Source of the DNA: an uncultured Pelagibacteraceae bacterium
Lineage (GTDB): Bacteria > Pseudomonadota > Alphaproteobacteria > Pelagibacterales > Pelagibacteraceae
Direction of reading: 5' to 3'
Assembly (NCBI GenBank): GCA_902573465.1
Contig: CACGJX010000001.1
Coordinates: 52,803 to 116,802, forward strand
DNA: 64,000 bases
Below the pieces are notes generated by a model that searched no databases, was not told where the DNA came from, and saw only the letters and a list, made by a program, of their open reading frames with translations. Position numbers and translations under genes: made by a program. Shown one piece after another: positions 20,950-30,223 of the stretch (positions are counted from its first letter, which is position 1; every line of letters begins with the position of its first letter).

Positions 20950-22121
20950 TTTAAATGCCTTAATGCTTGTTTTATATCAGCAACTAAGTCATTTGGATCT
21001 TCAAGTCCTATATGAAATCTGACTAAATGTTCATCCTTTGCTAAATTCATGAATTTTCTTTTTCCAGTTTCCCTAAATTCTTGATGTAAAACTAAACTTT
21101 CAAAACCACCCCAACTATAACCATAGCCGAATAATTTAAGTGAATTTACAAATTTTCTTACAGAATTCACATTCTTTGATTTTATTTTCAGCCCCATTAA
21201 TCCTGAAGCACCAGAATAATACTTTTTCCACATTCTAAAATTCATGGAATTTTTCTTAAATGGATAAAGAAGTGTAATCTTTTTATTTTTTGACAAAAAA
21301 GCTGCAATTTTTTTTGCATTTTCTCTATGTCTATCTAATCTAACATCTAAAGTTCTCAAACCTCTAGTGATTAAATACGCATCATCAGGTCCCAATCTTA
21401 AACCTGTTATTTTTTCAGCTGCTTTTACTTTTTGAAAAACTTTTTTATTTACTGCTAGACTTCCACCCATAACATCAGAATGACCAGAATAATATTTTGT
21501 AGCAGACACAATAGACATATCAAAACCAAGTTTTATTGGTTTGAGATAGTAAGGTGTGCCCCAGGTATTATCTATCGCTGTTAAAATTTTATATTTTTTT
21601 GCAATTTTGATAATTTTTCCAAGATCTTGGAAGTCAAAAGTATTACTCCCTGGATTTTCAACAAAAATTAATTTTGTTTTTTTTGTTATGCTACTCTCTA
21701 AAGTTTTTAAATCATGTGGATTGTAAAAAACTGTTTTAATATTAAATTCTTTAAAATAATCTTGAGTTAAAATTCTCGTGGGACTATATACTGGATCAGC
21801 TGCAATAATTTCATCACCTGGTCTGACAACACTAAATATCGCCAAAAAAACTGATCCAAAACCTGTGGGTGTTGTGAAAACATGATAGCTATCCTCAAGC
21901 TTAGTTAAAATTTTTTGTAAAATATATGTTGTTGAAGTACCTTGTCTTCCATAATCATAATAACCACCAATTGGATTTTTTTGAGCTTTTTTTTGCGTTT
22001 TTCTTATGTGTTGCATTGATTTAAATATAATTGTTGAGGCTCTCACAACAGGTGGGTTTACTGACTGATTGTGAAAATCTTTTGCAGTATGCTTTAAGAA
22101 AGTTTTAAATGATTTCGTCAT
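20946..22121 (-). CDS. metC: Cystathionine beta-lyase (start reassigned to MTKSF at 22121)
   Basis: VNPPVVRASTI, YGRQG, DNTW, SATKYYSGHSD PLP lysine, SWGGFESL. Confidence 0.88.
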   Translation of the reverse strand: MTKSFKTFLKHTAKDFHNQSVNPPVVRASTIIFKSMQHIRKTQKKAQKNPIGGYYDYGRQGTSTTYILQKILTKLEDSYHVFTTPTGFGSVFLAIFSVVRPGDEIIAADPVYSPTRILTQDYFKEFNIKTVFYNPHDLKTLESSITKKTKLIFVENPGSNTFDFQDLGKIIKIAKKYKILTAIDNTWGTPYYLKPIKLGFDMSIVSATKYYSGHSDVMGGSLAVNKKVFQKVKAAEKITGLRLGPDDAYLITRGLRTLDVRLDRHRENAKKIAAFLSKNKKITLLYPFKKNSMNFRMWKKYYSGASGLMGLKIKSKNVNSVRKFVNSLKLFGYGYSWGGFESLVLHQEFRETGKRKFMNLAKDEHLVRFHIGLEDPNDLVADIKQALRHLK

Positions 22122-22195
22122 AAAAAAATTGATAACTTCAAAGGACAATGCTATATCCCACCCATAATTTCAATTAAATTATAACTAAAGGAAAT

Positions 22196-22279
22196 ATGGG
22201 TTATCCAAAAAAACATCGAGGCCGAAGAAAAATGGGCTCTAAGAAAAGAAGAGCTAGAAAAAAAAATAAAAAGAAATAG
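22196..22279 (+). CDS. 27-aa highly basic peptide (not in ORF track)
   Basis: MGYPKKHRGRRKMGSKKRRARKKNKKK, preceded by SD-like AAAGGA 4 nt upstream. Confidence 0.7.
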   Translation: MGYPKKHRGRRKMGSKKRRARKKNKKK

Positions 22280-22285
22280 TCCTCA

Positions 22286-23017
22286 ATGAAATCAATTGAA
22301 AAGGCAAGGTCCTTAAGTATTTGGATCTTTATAGTTCCGTTTGTAGCAGTAAACACATGTTTAATTCTGGTTACTCAATTTCATGGACTTTTTGAAAATC
22401 AGGCTGATAAATTATTTAACACTATTCCTTATATTGATGGTGGTGCATCTATAAGCAGAACCGCAAGACCATATCCCTCTTGGTTAGTATTTAAACCGGC
22501 TATGTTTTTAACTTCTTTTTTATTAATTAAATATTGGTTGTTTAATAGAGATATTATTCAGTATTTCGAAAAAAGCCACAAAAATATTAAAAAAATACTT
22601 TTTTTTGGTATCGCTTCAGCAATCGCTTTGACTATTCATTCAATATTTTTAGGTGTCAAATTTGATAATGATTTATATAAACTTTTTAGAAGAGTAATAA
22701 TGTTATCATTTATTGTTTTTGAAATAGTTGCGCAAGCTTATTTGGTAACAACATTTTTATCGATTAAAAAAAAAATTAAAGATTACATAAATCCAACAAT
22801 TTTGAATCTTAAAATTATTTTAGTTTCGTTTTTAATCTTGGTTGCAATTATTAGTATCCCAATCATTAGTCTTCCTGGTGATGATTTTTTTGGGATGAAT
22901 CTTAAGTTCTTTAAACATGCTTTAGAATGGGATTATTTTCTTGGGGTAATTACCTTTTATTTATTAACGTTTTTAATGTGGAAAAAAAAATTAATTAATT
23001 ATCCATCCACCACCTAA
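22286..23017 (+). CDS. Hypothetical multi-TM protein (Frag1/DRAM-like pattern)
   Basis: About 6 TM helices; PYIDG.SIS.TAR and terminal LEW. Confidence 0.7.
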   Translation: MKSIEKARSLSIWIFIVPFVAVNTCLILVTQFHGLFENQADKLFNTIPYIDGGASISRTARPYPSWLVFKPAMFLTSFLLIKYWLFNRDIIQYFEKSHKNIKKILFFGIASAIALTIHSIFLGVKFDNDLYKLFRRVIMLSFIVFEIVAQAYLVTTFLSIKKKIKDYINPTILNLKIILVSFLILVAIISIPIISLPGDDFFGMNLKFFKHALEWDYFLGVITFYLLTFLMWKKKLINYPSTT

Positions 23018-24109
23018 AACTTTAAAGCCGAATTTATCTTTGTTATAAAAAACACATGCTTGACCTGGAGAAATTCCATCTTCATTATTTTCCAAACATA
23101 CTAAAGCAGTTTTATTTTGGTTTAAATTTACTTTTCCTTTAAGAAGTTTTCCTGTTGATCTTACTTTGACAAAAATATCATTTTTAAATTCTTCGTTATT
23201 AACAAGTAAATTTAAATTATTTAATTGAATGTTTTTTTTTCCAAGTTTTTCTCTAGGACCAACAATAATTTCATTTTTTTCTGCATTAATCATAATAACA
23301 TATAATGCGTCTTTATCTGAGATTTTAATTCCTTTTCTTTGACCTATTGTAAAATTTACAATGCCATCATGTATTCCAATCACTTTTCCTTGTAAATTTT
23401 TTATATTACCTTTTTTGAAAGAGTCTGGTTTAAATTTTTGGATTACTGATGCATAATCACCATTGGGTACAAAACAAATATCTTGGCTATCTGGCTTGTC
23501 CGCAACATTTAGATTAAGTTTTTTTGCTATAGATCTTGTTTCATCTTTGTACATTCCCCCTAAAGGAAACCTTAAATAATCTAGTTGTTCCCTGGAAGTA
23601 TTAAATAAAAAATAACTTTGATCTCTATTTTCATCGATTGCTCGGTACATATTTGTTTGATTATCAGTGGTAATACTTTTTACATAGTGACCAGTAATTA
23701 ATGCATCAGCTTTTAAATCTTTAGAAACTTCAAATAAATCTTTAAATTTTACAGTTTGGTTACATTGCACGCAGGGAATAGGTGTTTCACCTTTCAAATA
23801 ACTATCAACAAAGTTATCAATTACACCTTGTTTAAACTTATTTTGATAATATAAAATTTTGTGTTCAATATCTAATTTTTGAGCAACTCTTTTTGCATCT
23901 ATTATATCCTGACCAGAGCAACACTGTTTGGAGGCAGCAACCTCTTTTCCATCATCGTAAAGCTTTAAAGTAATGCCGATTACTTTATAGCCTTCTTTCT
24001 TCATCATTCCAGCAACAGTAGATGAGTCTACACCACCAGACATTGCAACAACTACTCTTGTTTTTGAAGGACTCTTATTTAAGCCAATAGAGTTTAAATT
24101 ATTATTCAT
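22991..24109 (-). CDS. mnmA: tRNA 2-thiouridine synthase
   Basis: [50 protein letters not shown]. Confidence 0.97.
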   Translation of the reverse strand: MNNNLNSIGLNKSPSKTRVVVAMSGGVDSSTVAGMMKKEGYKVIGITLKLYDDGKEVAASKQCCSGQDIIDAKRVAQKLDIEHKILYYQNKFKQGVIDNFVDSYLKGETPIPCVQCNQTVKFKDLFEVSKDLKADALITGHYVKSITTDNQTNMYRAIDENRDQSYFLFNTSREQLDYLRFPLGGMYKDETRSIAKKLNLNVADKPDSQDICFVPNGDYASVIQKFKPDSFKKGNIKNLQGKVIGIHDGIVNFTIGQRKGIKISDKDALYVIMINAEKNEIIVGPREKLGKKNIQLNNLNLLVNNEEFKNDIFVKVRSTGKLLKGKVNLNQNKTALVCLENNEDGISPGQACVFYNKDKFGFKVLGGGWIIN

Positions 24110-24150
24110 TTGATGGTATTTATACTAATTTCTAATATAAATTAAATTAA

Positions 24151-24327
24151 ATGATTTTAGATTTTGAACCAGGTGACAAAGTTTTCAATCCAGCAAATAA
24201 AGATTGGGGAATAGGGCAAGTTCAGTCTATAATCAGAGGCAAAGTGACAGTAAATTTTCAAAATGTCGGAAAAAAAGTAATAAACTCAGAAAATATAGAA
24301 TTAAAAAAAATAAATGAATCAAAGTGA
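24151..24327 (+). CDS. DUF3553-like small protein, 58 aa (not in ORF track)
   Basis: MILDFEPGDKVFNPANKDWGIGQVQSIIRGKVTVNFQNVGKKVIN...; WGIGQVQS...VTVNF signature. Confidence 0.85.
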   Translation: MILDFEPGDKVFNPANKDWGIGQVQSIIRGKVTVNFQNVGKKVINSENIELKKINESK

Positions 24328-25087
24328 TATAAAAAAAATTGTTGAGGATTTAATTCAAACTTTCTTAAATGCTGGGAAAATTTCTTTAGATCTCAGGAAA
24401 AAAGGCCTTACTAAAGAAATCAAATCCGATAATACACCCGTGAGTAATGGTGACTTAGAGGTTAACAGAATTTTAACAGAAAAAATATTAGATTTAACTC
24501 CAAATATTCCAATAGTATCTGAGGAAACATCAGAAAATAAATCACAGAACAACCTAGAAAATTTTTGGTTAATAGATCCAATCGATGGAACCTATGATTA
24601 TATCAATGATCTTGAAGAATTCACAATTAATGCAGGATTAATAATTCGTAGAAAACCTGTCGCTGGATTAATTTTTGCTCCAGCAAAAAATAGAATGTTC
24701 TATTCTTATGGTGATGATTTATCTTTTGAATTAATCAATGAAAAACCAATAAAATTAAATCACTCAAAAAATTTTGATAAAAATGAGATTAAATTTGTAG
24801 CCTACTCTAACAAAATCAAACCAGAAATAAATGAAATATACAAAAAACTTAATGTTAAGAAATATATAAGAATGAAAAGTTCTTTAAAATTTTGTGTTAT
24901 TGCTGCTGGAGAGTATGATGGTTACGTTGCAGAGCCAAGAGCTTCTGAATGGGATATTGCTGCAGGACATGCAATTTTAAAAAATTCTGGTGGAACCGTT
25001 ACAGATTTTGATGGAAAAGAAATTTTATATGGAAAAAAAGATTTTAAAAATCCTAGTCTAATCTTAAAAAGTAAAAACATTCAGTAA
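24314..25087 (+). CDS. cysQ: 3'(2'),5'-bisphosphate nucleotidase
   Basis: K.DNTPV, IVSEE, WLIDPIDGT, SSLKFC, EWDIAAGHAIL. Confidence 0.9.
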   Translation: MNQSDIKKIVEDLIQTFLNAGKISLDLRKKGLTKEIKSDNTPVSNGDLEVNRILTEKILDLTPNIPIVSEETSENKSQNNLENFWLIDPIDGTYDYINDLEEFTINAGLIIRRKPVAGLIFAPAKNRMFYSYGDDLSFELINEKPIKLNHSKNFDKNEIKFVAYSNKIKPEINEIYKKLNVKKYIRMKSSLKFCVIAAGEYDGYVAEPRASEWDIAAGHAILKNSGGTVTDFDGKEILYGKKDFKNPSLILKSKNIQ

Positions 25088-25230
25088 TGGACGAACAAAT
25101 AAGAATTATTTTAATTATAATTGTTTCAGTCTCAATTTTTGGTTTACTTGTTTTTGTTTTTGTCAAAAATTATATAAAAAATAAGATTAATTTTTTAGTG
25201 AAAGAAAATAAAAAAAATAAATTAAAGTAA
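25087..25230 (+). CDS. Small single-TM protein, 47 aa (not in ORF track)
   Basis: TAATG overlap with cysQ stop; MDEQIRIILIIIVSVSIFGLLVFVFVKNYIKNKINFLVKENKKNKLK. Confidence 0.6.
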   Translation: MDEQIRIILIIIVSVSIFGLLVFVFVKNYIKNKINFLVKENKKNKLK

Positions 25231-25785
25231 TTTTACTATTTTTATATAATCGTCTTTTTCAATCTCCATTACTTTTTTTGAAGTTTCAAAATCAAATCCA
25301 TTTCTTGCTAATAAGGATATATCTTTTTTGTAAAATAGTGATCTATTGTCCTCTGTCCTTGCAGGGCCTATTCTTTTTTTTTTACATAATTTAATCGCTG
25401 AAAAAAAATCTTGATCTGAATTATCATCATGTATTTTGTTTACTGTTTCTTTTATATATTCACTATTGATACCCTTGCCAATTAAGTAATTTCTAATTTT
25501 GTTTATTGAGCTTCCTCTTTGAATCATACTTTTTGCTTTGCTTTCTGAGTAAAATTTATCATTAATAAACCTATTTTTTTCTAAGTCTGAAAGGACAATG
25601 TTAATCAAATCAGTAACATCTTGTTTTTTAACATTTGGCACAGAAGTTTTTAAGTATTTTTTAAGTAAATAAGTTTTAAGCTGTTGTTTGGATGGTGCAT
25701 ATTTTTCTACATAAGCAAATGCAAAATTTCTCATCTCCTCGACAGTTACTTTTAAAGTTTTTCTTTTATTTCTTATAGGAATCAT
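25222..25785 (-). CDS. recX: Regulatory protein RecX
   Basis: FINDKFY, RGSS..KIR..L..KGI, LARNGF pattern. Confidence 0.8.
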   Translation of the reverse strand: MIPIRNKRKTLKVTVEEMRNFAFAYVEKYAPSKQQLKTYLLKKYLKTSVPNVKKQDVTDLINIVLSDLEKNRFINDKFYSESKAKSMIQRGSSINKIRNYLIGKGINSEYIKETVNKIHDDNSDQDFFSAIKLCKKKRIGPARTEDNRSLFYKKDISLLARNGFDFETSKKVMEIEKDDYIKIVKLL

Positions 25786-25813
25786 AGACAGATTTAATAT
25801 AATATATTTTAAA

Positions 25814-26287
25814 ATGATCGAACAAATTTATAATTATTTTACAATAGATATGCTCTATTATTGGGTGAATTTAGGTATTCTTCCATTTTGGTTAATTTTA
25901 ATTTTTTTTCCAACATCTAATCTTTGCCGATATTTTGTCACTTCAATATTTCCATTCTTTATATTGAGTGGAGCGTATATATTTTTATTATACAAATCTT
26001 ATTTAAGCTCATACGATTTTGATGTTAATTTTAGTCTATATCTGGGTATTGATGATACAACAGATTTATTTTCCAACAAAAATTTTCTTATGATGTTCTG
26101 GATACATTTTATATCCATCAATCTATTTGCTGGAGGTTGGGTCGTTAAAGATTCACAAAAATTTATGATAAATAAATTTTTATTATCAATACCGCTAATC
26201 ATTATATATTTAATTGGACCCATTGGTTTGTTAGCTTATTGGTTGATAAGAATTTTCTATGCCAAAAATATAAGTTTATATGACTAA
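25814..26287 (+). CDS. ABA4-like (DUF4281) membrane protein
   Basis: LPFWLIL, WIHF...LFAG, GPIGLL. Confidence 0.8.
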   Translation: MIEQIYNYFTIDMLYYWVNLGILPFWLILIFFPTSNLCRYFVTSIFPFFILSGAYIFLLYKSYLSSYDFDVNFSLYLGIDDTTDLFSNKNFLMMFWIHFISINLFAGGWVVKDSQKFMINKFLLSIPLIIIYLIGPIGLLAYWLIRIFYAKNISLYD

Positions 26288-26858
26288 AAAAATCGATTTT
26301 TATTTTGATTTTATTAGTCCTTATTCATTTTTGGCACATAAAAAAATAATTAATTCCAACGATAGGAATAAGTTTAATTACAAAGCAATTCTTCTTGGTG
26401 GACTTCATAATTTAAGTGGTATCACCGCCCCTGCTTTTAATGAGAGAAAAATGAAAAATATGAAAAATGATTGTAATTTAATCGCTAAAAAAAATAAAAT
26501 TGACTTTGTTTGGAATGAAAAATTCCCAATTAATTCTCTTTACCTCATGAGAGGCTTTCTTTTTATTAATGATGAAAAGAAAGATAAATATTTTGATCTC
26601 TGTTTTGATGCTTATTGGAAAAATAATGAAGATATTTCAAAAGAAAAAACTGTAAAGAATATATTATCGAAATGTCAGATAAAAACTAATGATTTTGAAA
26701 CTGGTATTAAAGACCAAAAGATTAAAGATGAACTTAAACATTTGACGAATTATGCTTTCCAGAATGATATCTTTGGTGCTCCAACATTTGTTGTAAATGA
26801 TAAATTATTTTGGGGCCAAGATAGACTTGAATACGCTTTAGATGAATTAAATAATTAA
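26280..26858 (+). CDS. 2-hydroxychromene-2-carboxylate isomerase / kappa-GST (DsbA fold)
   Basis: DFYFDFISPYS, FGAPTF, FWGQDRL. Confidence 0.9.
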   Translation: MTKKIDFYFDFISPYSFLAHKKIINSNDRNKFNYKAILLGGLHNLSGITAPAFNERKMKNMKNDCNLIAKKNKIDFVWNEKFPINSLYLMRGFLFINDEKKDKYFDLCFDAYWKNNEDISKEKTVKNILSKCQIKTNDFETGIKDQKIKDELKHLTNYAFQNDIFGAPTFVVNDKLFWGQDRLEYALDELNN

Positions 26859-27238
26859 GTAATTTTAAATTTACTTTGTTTCAATGCACTAAAACCACCA
26901 TCAATATGAGATACTTTTTTGAATCCCATATCTTTCAAAGATTTTGCGGCAAGAGCTGACCTCATTCCTCCAGCACAAAATAAAACCATTTCTTTATTTA
27001 AATCTAATTTACCTTGTTTAAAATATGCACTATCTGGGTCAAGCCAAAACTCTAACATCCCTCTAGGAATATGATTTGAATCTTGAATTCTTCCCTCTCG
27101 TTCCAATTCTCTTACATCTCTTATATCAATTAGGTTACACTCGTTTTTATTACATTTCTCATAAGCTTCATCAGAAGAAATAGTATTAATCTCCTTTAGA
27201 GCTTCTGCTACAAGAGTTTGGGATGATTTAATCGTCAT
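26855..27238 (-). CDS. Single-domain rhodanese
   Basis: IDIRD..E, PRGMLEF, FCAGGMRS active-site loop, IDGGF. Confidence 0.9.
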   Translation of the reverse strand: MTIKSSQTLVAEALKEINTISSDEAYEKCNKNECNLIDIRDVRELEREGRIQDSNHIPRGMLEFWLDPDSAYFKQGKLDLNKEMVLFCAGGMRSALAAKSLKDMGFKKVSHIDGGFSALKQSKFKIT

Positions 27239-27273
27239 TATATTGTAAATATTTATATCATAAATAAAAACAT

Positions 27274-28239
27274 ATGAAAAAGTTTTTCATTAAAATTTGT
27301 AAATTTTTGGGCTTCGAAATTATTGATCAAAATAAATTTATCTCACCTACCTTGAATAAAGAATTAAACGAAGATCTCTCAATTATAAATAAAAAATCAA
27401 TAGTCTTACCTTTGGGAGAGGTTAAAATTACAAGAAAAGTTAATTCAATCTTAATAATTATTAGAGTAAATACAGAAATCGAAGTTTGGGATCAAAATAA
27501 AAGGAGATTATTCGAACAACCAAAAATAGAATATTCAATTCGATCAATTAAATCATTGATAAACTCTATCAATCTTTGTCAAAACAAATACTCAGGTCTA
27601 AAAATAAAAATAGTAATACTTGATGATTCCTCAAAAGATGAAAATCTCAATAGAGTTAAGGAAATAATCAAAGACACAAACAGCGAAATTATCTCCCTAG
27701 ACACAAAAAAATTTGAAAGCAAAATAAAAAAACAAAAAACTCAAGAAACTTTTTCTAATTTAGCAAGTTTGCTCAAATGTTTTGAGATAGGAAAAGAGAT
27801 TGGGGAAGATCTAATTTTCTTCGTTGAAGATGATTATCTTCATTTTGAAACCATGTTAGAAGAAATGATTGCTACTTATGAAAGAGTATCATCTCAAGTA
27901 GGCAAAGATATTTTTATGTGTCCTGCAGACTATCCATATCTTTATATGAACAACGAAAAAACAAATATTCTGATAGGAGATAAAAGACACTGGCGAACAA
28001 TAAACAAGACTTTATGCACTTTTTTGACTAGCAAAAAATTACTGGATCTATACTGGGAAAATTTTTTAAAAAATTGTGAGGATCGTCATGATCCTTTTGA
28101 AAAATATATAAATGAGATTTATAAAAATGAATTTTGTATATCTCCTCTAAAAAGTTTGTCTGTCCATCTAACAAATGTTAATTCAAGTTACGGTTTATCA
28201 CCTTTTATAGATTACAAAAAACTGTGGGATCAAAAATAA
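27274..28239 (+). CDS. Glycosyltransferase family 2-like protein
   Basis: ILDDSS and FFVEDDYLH (DxD-like) motifs. Confidence 0.7.
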   Translation: MKKFFIKICKFLGFEIIDQNKFISPTLNKELNEDLSIINKKSIVLPLGEVKITRKVNSILIIIRVNTEIEVWDQNKRRLFEQPKIEYSIRSIKSLINSINLCQNKYSGLKIKIVILDDSSKDENLNRVKEIIKDTNSEIISLDTKKFESKIKKQKTQETFSNLASLLKCFEIGKEIGEDLIFFVEDDYLHFETMLEEMIATYERVSSQVGKDIFMCPADYPYLYMNNEKTNILIGDKRHWRTINKTLCTFLTSKKLLDLYWENFLKNCEDRHDPFEKYINEIYKNEFCISPLKSLSVHLTNVNSSYGLSPFIDYKKLWDQK

Positions 28240-28266
28240 ATAAGCCCCTTGAGGGAGGGGCTTATT
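28239..28266. terminator. Bidirectional intrinsic terminator between convergent GT2 and amtB
   Basis: AATAAGCCCCT-TGAGGG-AGGGGCTTATT 11-bp stem with A/T tracts on both sides. Confidence 0.85.
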
Positions 28267-28357
28267 ATTTAACTAACTAAGAGAAAGTGTAAGGGATCCT
28301 TCTATGAGTATTCGCTGAGAATATACAGAGAGCGAAGGATCCCTTTGTTGTTAACAA
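28267..28357 (-). ncRNA. Candidate structured RNA in the amtB 3' UTR
   Basis: Perfect 12-bp stem AAGGGATCCTTC (28291-28302) / GAAGGATCCCTT (28334-28345) with inner TATTC/GAATA hairpin, upstream of a separate terminator. Confidence 0.45.
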
Positions 28358-29659
28358 CTAGTCACGTATTGCATAAGCAATTACACCTGTTTCAGTAACG
28401 TCAGTACCTTTGGTTTCACCTTCTTTACTTAACCTTAGGCCAATAGTTGCTTTAATAGCACTAAACACTATGTAAGCGACTACGAATACAAATATGTTTA
28501 CTGATAAAACTCCTATTAACTGTGAACTGAAAGCTGCATCTGAATTTGTTGCTGGAACAATTAAAGTTCCCCAAATTCCTGCAAACAAGTGTGCTGGTAC
28601 TGCACCTACTACATCATCAATCTTCAATGAGAATAATAGTTTTGTACCATAAACTACGATTAAACCACCTACTGCACCAATTAAAATAGCTGCGAAAGGT
28701 GATGGAGCTAATGGTTCAGCTGTTACTGCAACTAATCCACCAATACATCCATTTAACATTTGAACCACATCTGTTTTACCAAAATGTAATCTTGTGATTA
28801 TAGCGGCACCGATTACTCCACCTGCACCTGCTAAAAATGTATTCATGAAAATAGTTGATACTGCAATAGCATCAACAGCAGTTCCCATAGCTAATTGTGA
28901 ACCACCATTAAATCCAAACCAACCTAGCCATAAAATAAATACACCAATTGTAACTAATGGAATTGAAGAAGCTGCAAATGGCTTAAGTGGAGCAGGAGCA
29001 CCAGACTTAGTAAATCTTCCAAGTCTAGGACCAATAATCATTGCACCAGCTAAAGCTGCAGCACCTCCAGTTGAGTGTACTAAAGTTGAACCAGCAAAAT
29101 CAGAAAAACCTAATTCTGCTAACCAGCCTCCACCCCACTGCCAACCCATTACGATTGGATAAATAATACCTGATAAAATTGCAGCAAATACGAAGAATGG
29201 CCATAATTTAATTCTTTCAGCCATTGTTCCAGAAACAATAGAAACTGTAGTTGCACAAAAGACCATCTGGAAATACCAGTCTGACCCATCTGAATAACCT
29301 GTATCTACCGCACTTGCATCTGACCATGGTATAAACTTACCAATATAACCACCTTCTGGTATACCGTAAGCTAAGTTATAACCCACAAGCCAAAACATAA
29401 TTCCTGCAATTGAGAATAAACCTATATTTTTTGCACAGATAACGGATACACTTTTTGATGTAACCATACCTGACTCTAGCATTGCGAATCCGGCCGCCAT
29501 AAACATAACCAAGAATCCACAAATTAAGAATAGTAAGGTATTAAATATAAACCCTACTTCAGCAGAAACAGTTGTATCTGCCATTCCAGCACTACTCATG
29601 TTTAATAAAAAAATTAAACTAATAAGTGGCGCACTTATTATTTTCATTAATTTAGTCAT
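28358..29659 (-). CDS. amtB: Ammonium transporter
   Basis: FMAAGFAMLESG, FQMVF, DFAGSTLVH, LWLGWFGFNGGS, DDVVGAVPAH. Confidence 0.97.
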   Translation of the reverse strand: MTKLMKIISAPLISLIFLLNMSSAGMADTTVSAEVGFIFNTLLFLICGFLVMFMAAGFAMLESGMVTSKSVSVICAKNIGLFSIAGIMFWLVGYNLAYGIPEGGYIGKFIPWSDASAVDTGYSDGSDWYFQMVFCATTVSIVSGTMAERIKLWPFFVFAAILSGIIYPIVMGWQWGGGWLAELGFSDFAGSTLVHSTGGAAALAGAMIIGPRLGRFTKSGAPAPLKPFAASSIPLVTIGVFILWLGWFGFNGGSQLAMGTAVDAIAVSTIFMNTFLAGAGGVIGAAIITRLHFGKTDVVQMLNGCIGGLVAVTAEPLAPSPFAAILIGAVGGLIVVYGTKLLFSLKIDDVVGAVPAHLFAGIWGTLIVPATNSDAAFSSQLIGVLSVNIFVFVVAYIVFSAIKATIGLRLSKEGETKGTDVTETGVIAYAIRD

Positions 29660-29754
29660 AAGACCTCCCTGTTAAAGGAAGCTCTTTTATTTAATTAGAC
29701 GTTAATAACTAACGCTGATTTCGAAAATTGGGTATGCACTATTTGCATATAGAA

Positions 29755-29785
29755 ACAGCCTTAACGAAACTTTCGTTAAGGCTGT
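29755..29785 (-). terminator. Terminator hairpin after HU gene
   Basis: ACAGCCTTAACGAAA-C-TTTCGTTAAGGCTGT perfect inverted repeat 9 nt after the stop. Confidence 0.85.
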
Positions 29786-29794
29786 AAAAAGACG

Positions 29795-30070
29795 TTATTT
29801 GTTGAATACCTCTTTTAAAGCCTTAGCAGGTAAGAACTTAACTTTTTGTGAAGCAGCAATTTGTATTTGCTCACCAGTCCTAGGATTTCTTCCAACTCTA
29901 GCCTTTCTTTTAGCTACTTTATAAGTACCAAAACCCGCAATTTTTACTGAGTCGTCAGCTTTTAACGCATCTAAAATTGTGTTGGTAATTGTGTCAAAAG
30001 TTCTTTCTGCATCCGCTTTACTTAAATTTAGTGCCCCTGAAATTTTGACAACTAGTTGTTTTTTATTCAT
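29795..30070 (-). CDS. hup: Histone-like DNA-binding protein HU
   Basis: MNKKQLV, GFGT, RKARVGRNPRTGE, KF.PAKALKE. Confidence 0.97.
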   Translation of the reverse strand: MNKKQLVVKISGALNLSKADAERTFDTITNTILDALKADDSVKIAGFGTYKVAKRKARVGRNPRTGEQIQIAASQKVKFLPAKALKEVFNK

Positions 30071-30157
30071 TTTAGCTCCGGTTTTATTAGGTTATTTTCA
30101 TTGTTGTCAAAAGTGTTGATAAATCAAGACTTTTTTTAGTATTTCTAAAAAAGTTAT

Positions 30158-30173
30158 ACACAACATATTGTGT
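30158..30173. promoter_or_regulatory. NrdR-box-like palindrome upstream of hup
   Basis: ACACAACATATTGTGT, 15/16 match to acaCwAtATaTwGtgt; weaker copy 31 bp away at 30127-30142. Confidence 0.5.
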
Positions 30174-30223
30174 AAATCAAAAAAGTGTTGATTTTATTGA
30201 GTTTTTAAACTCTTTGAAAAATA

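Noticed and set aside
29725-29750. Sigma-54 promoter for amtB
   Set aside because: GG/GC spacing is not -24/-12 and the orientation is opposite to amtB
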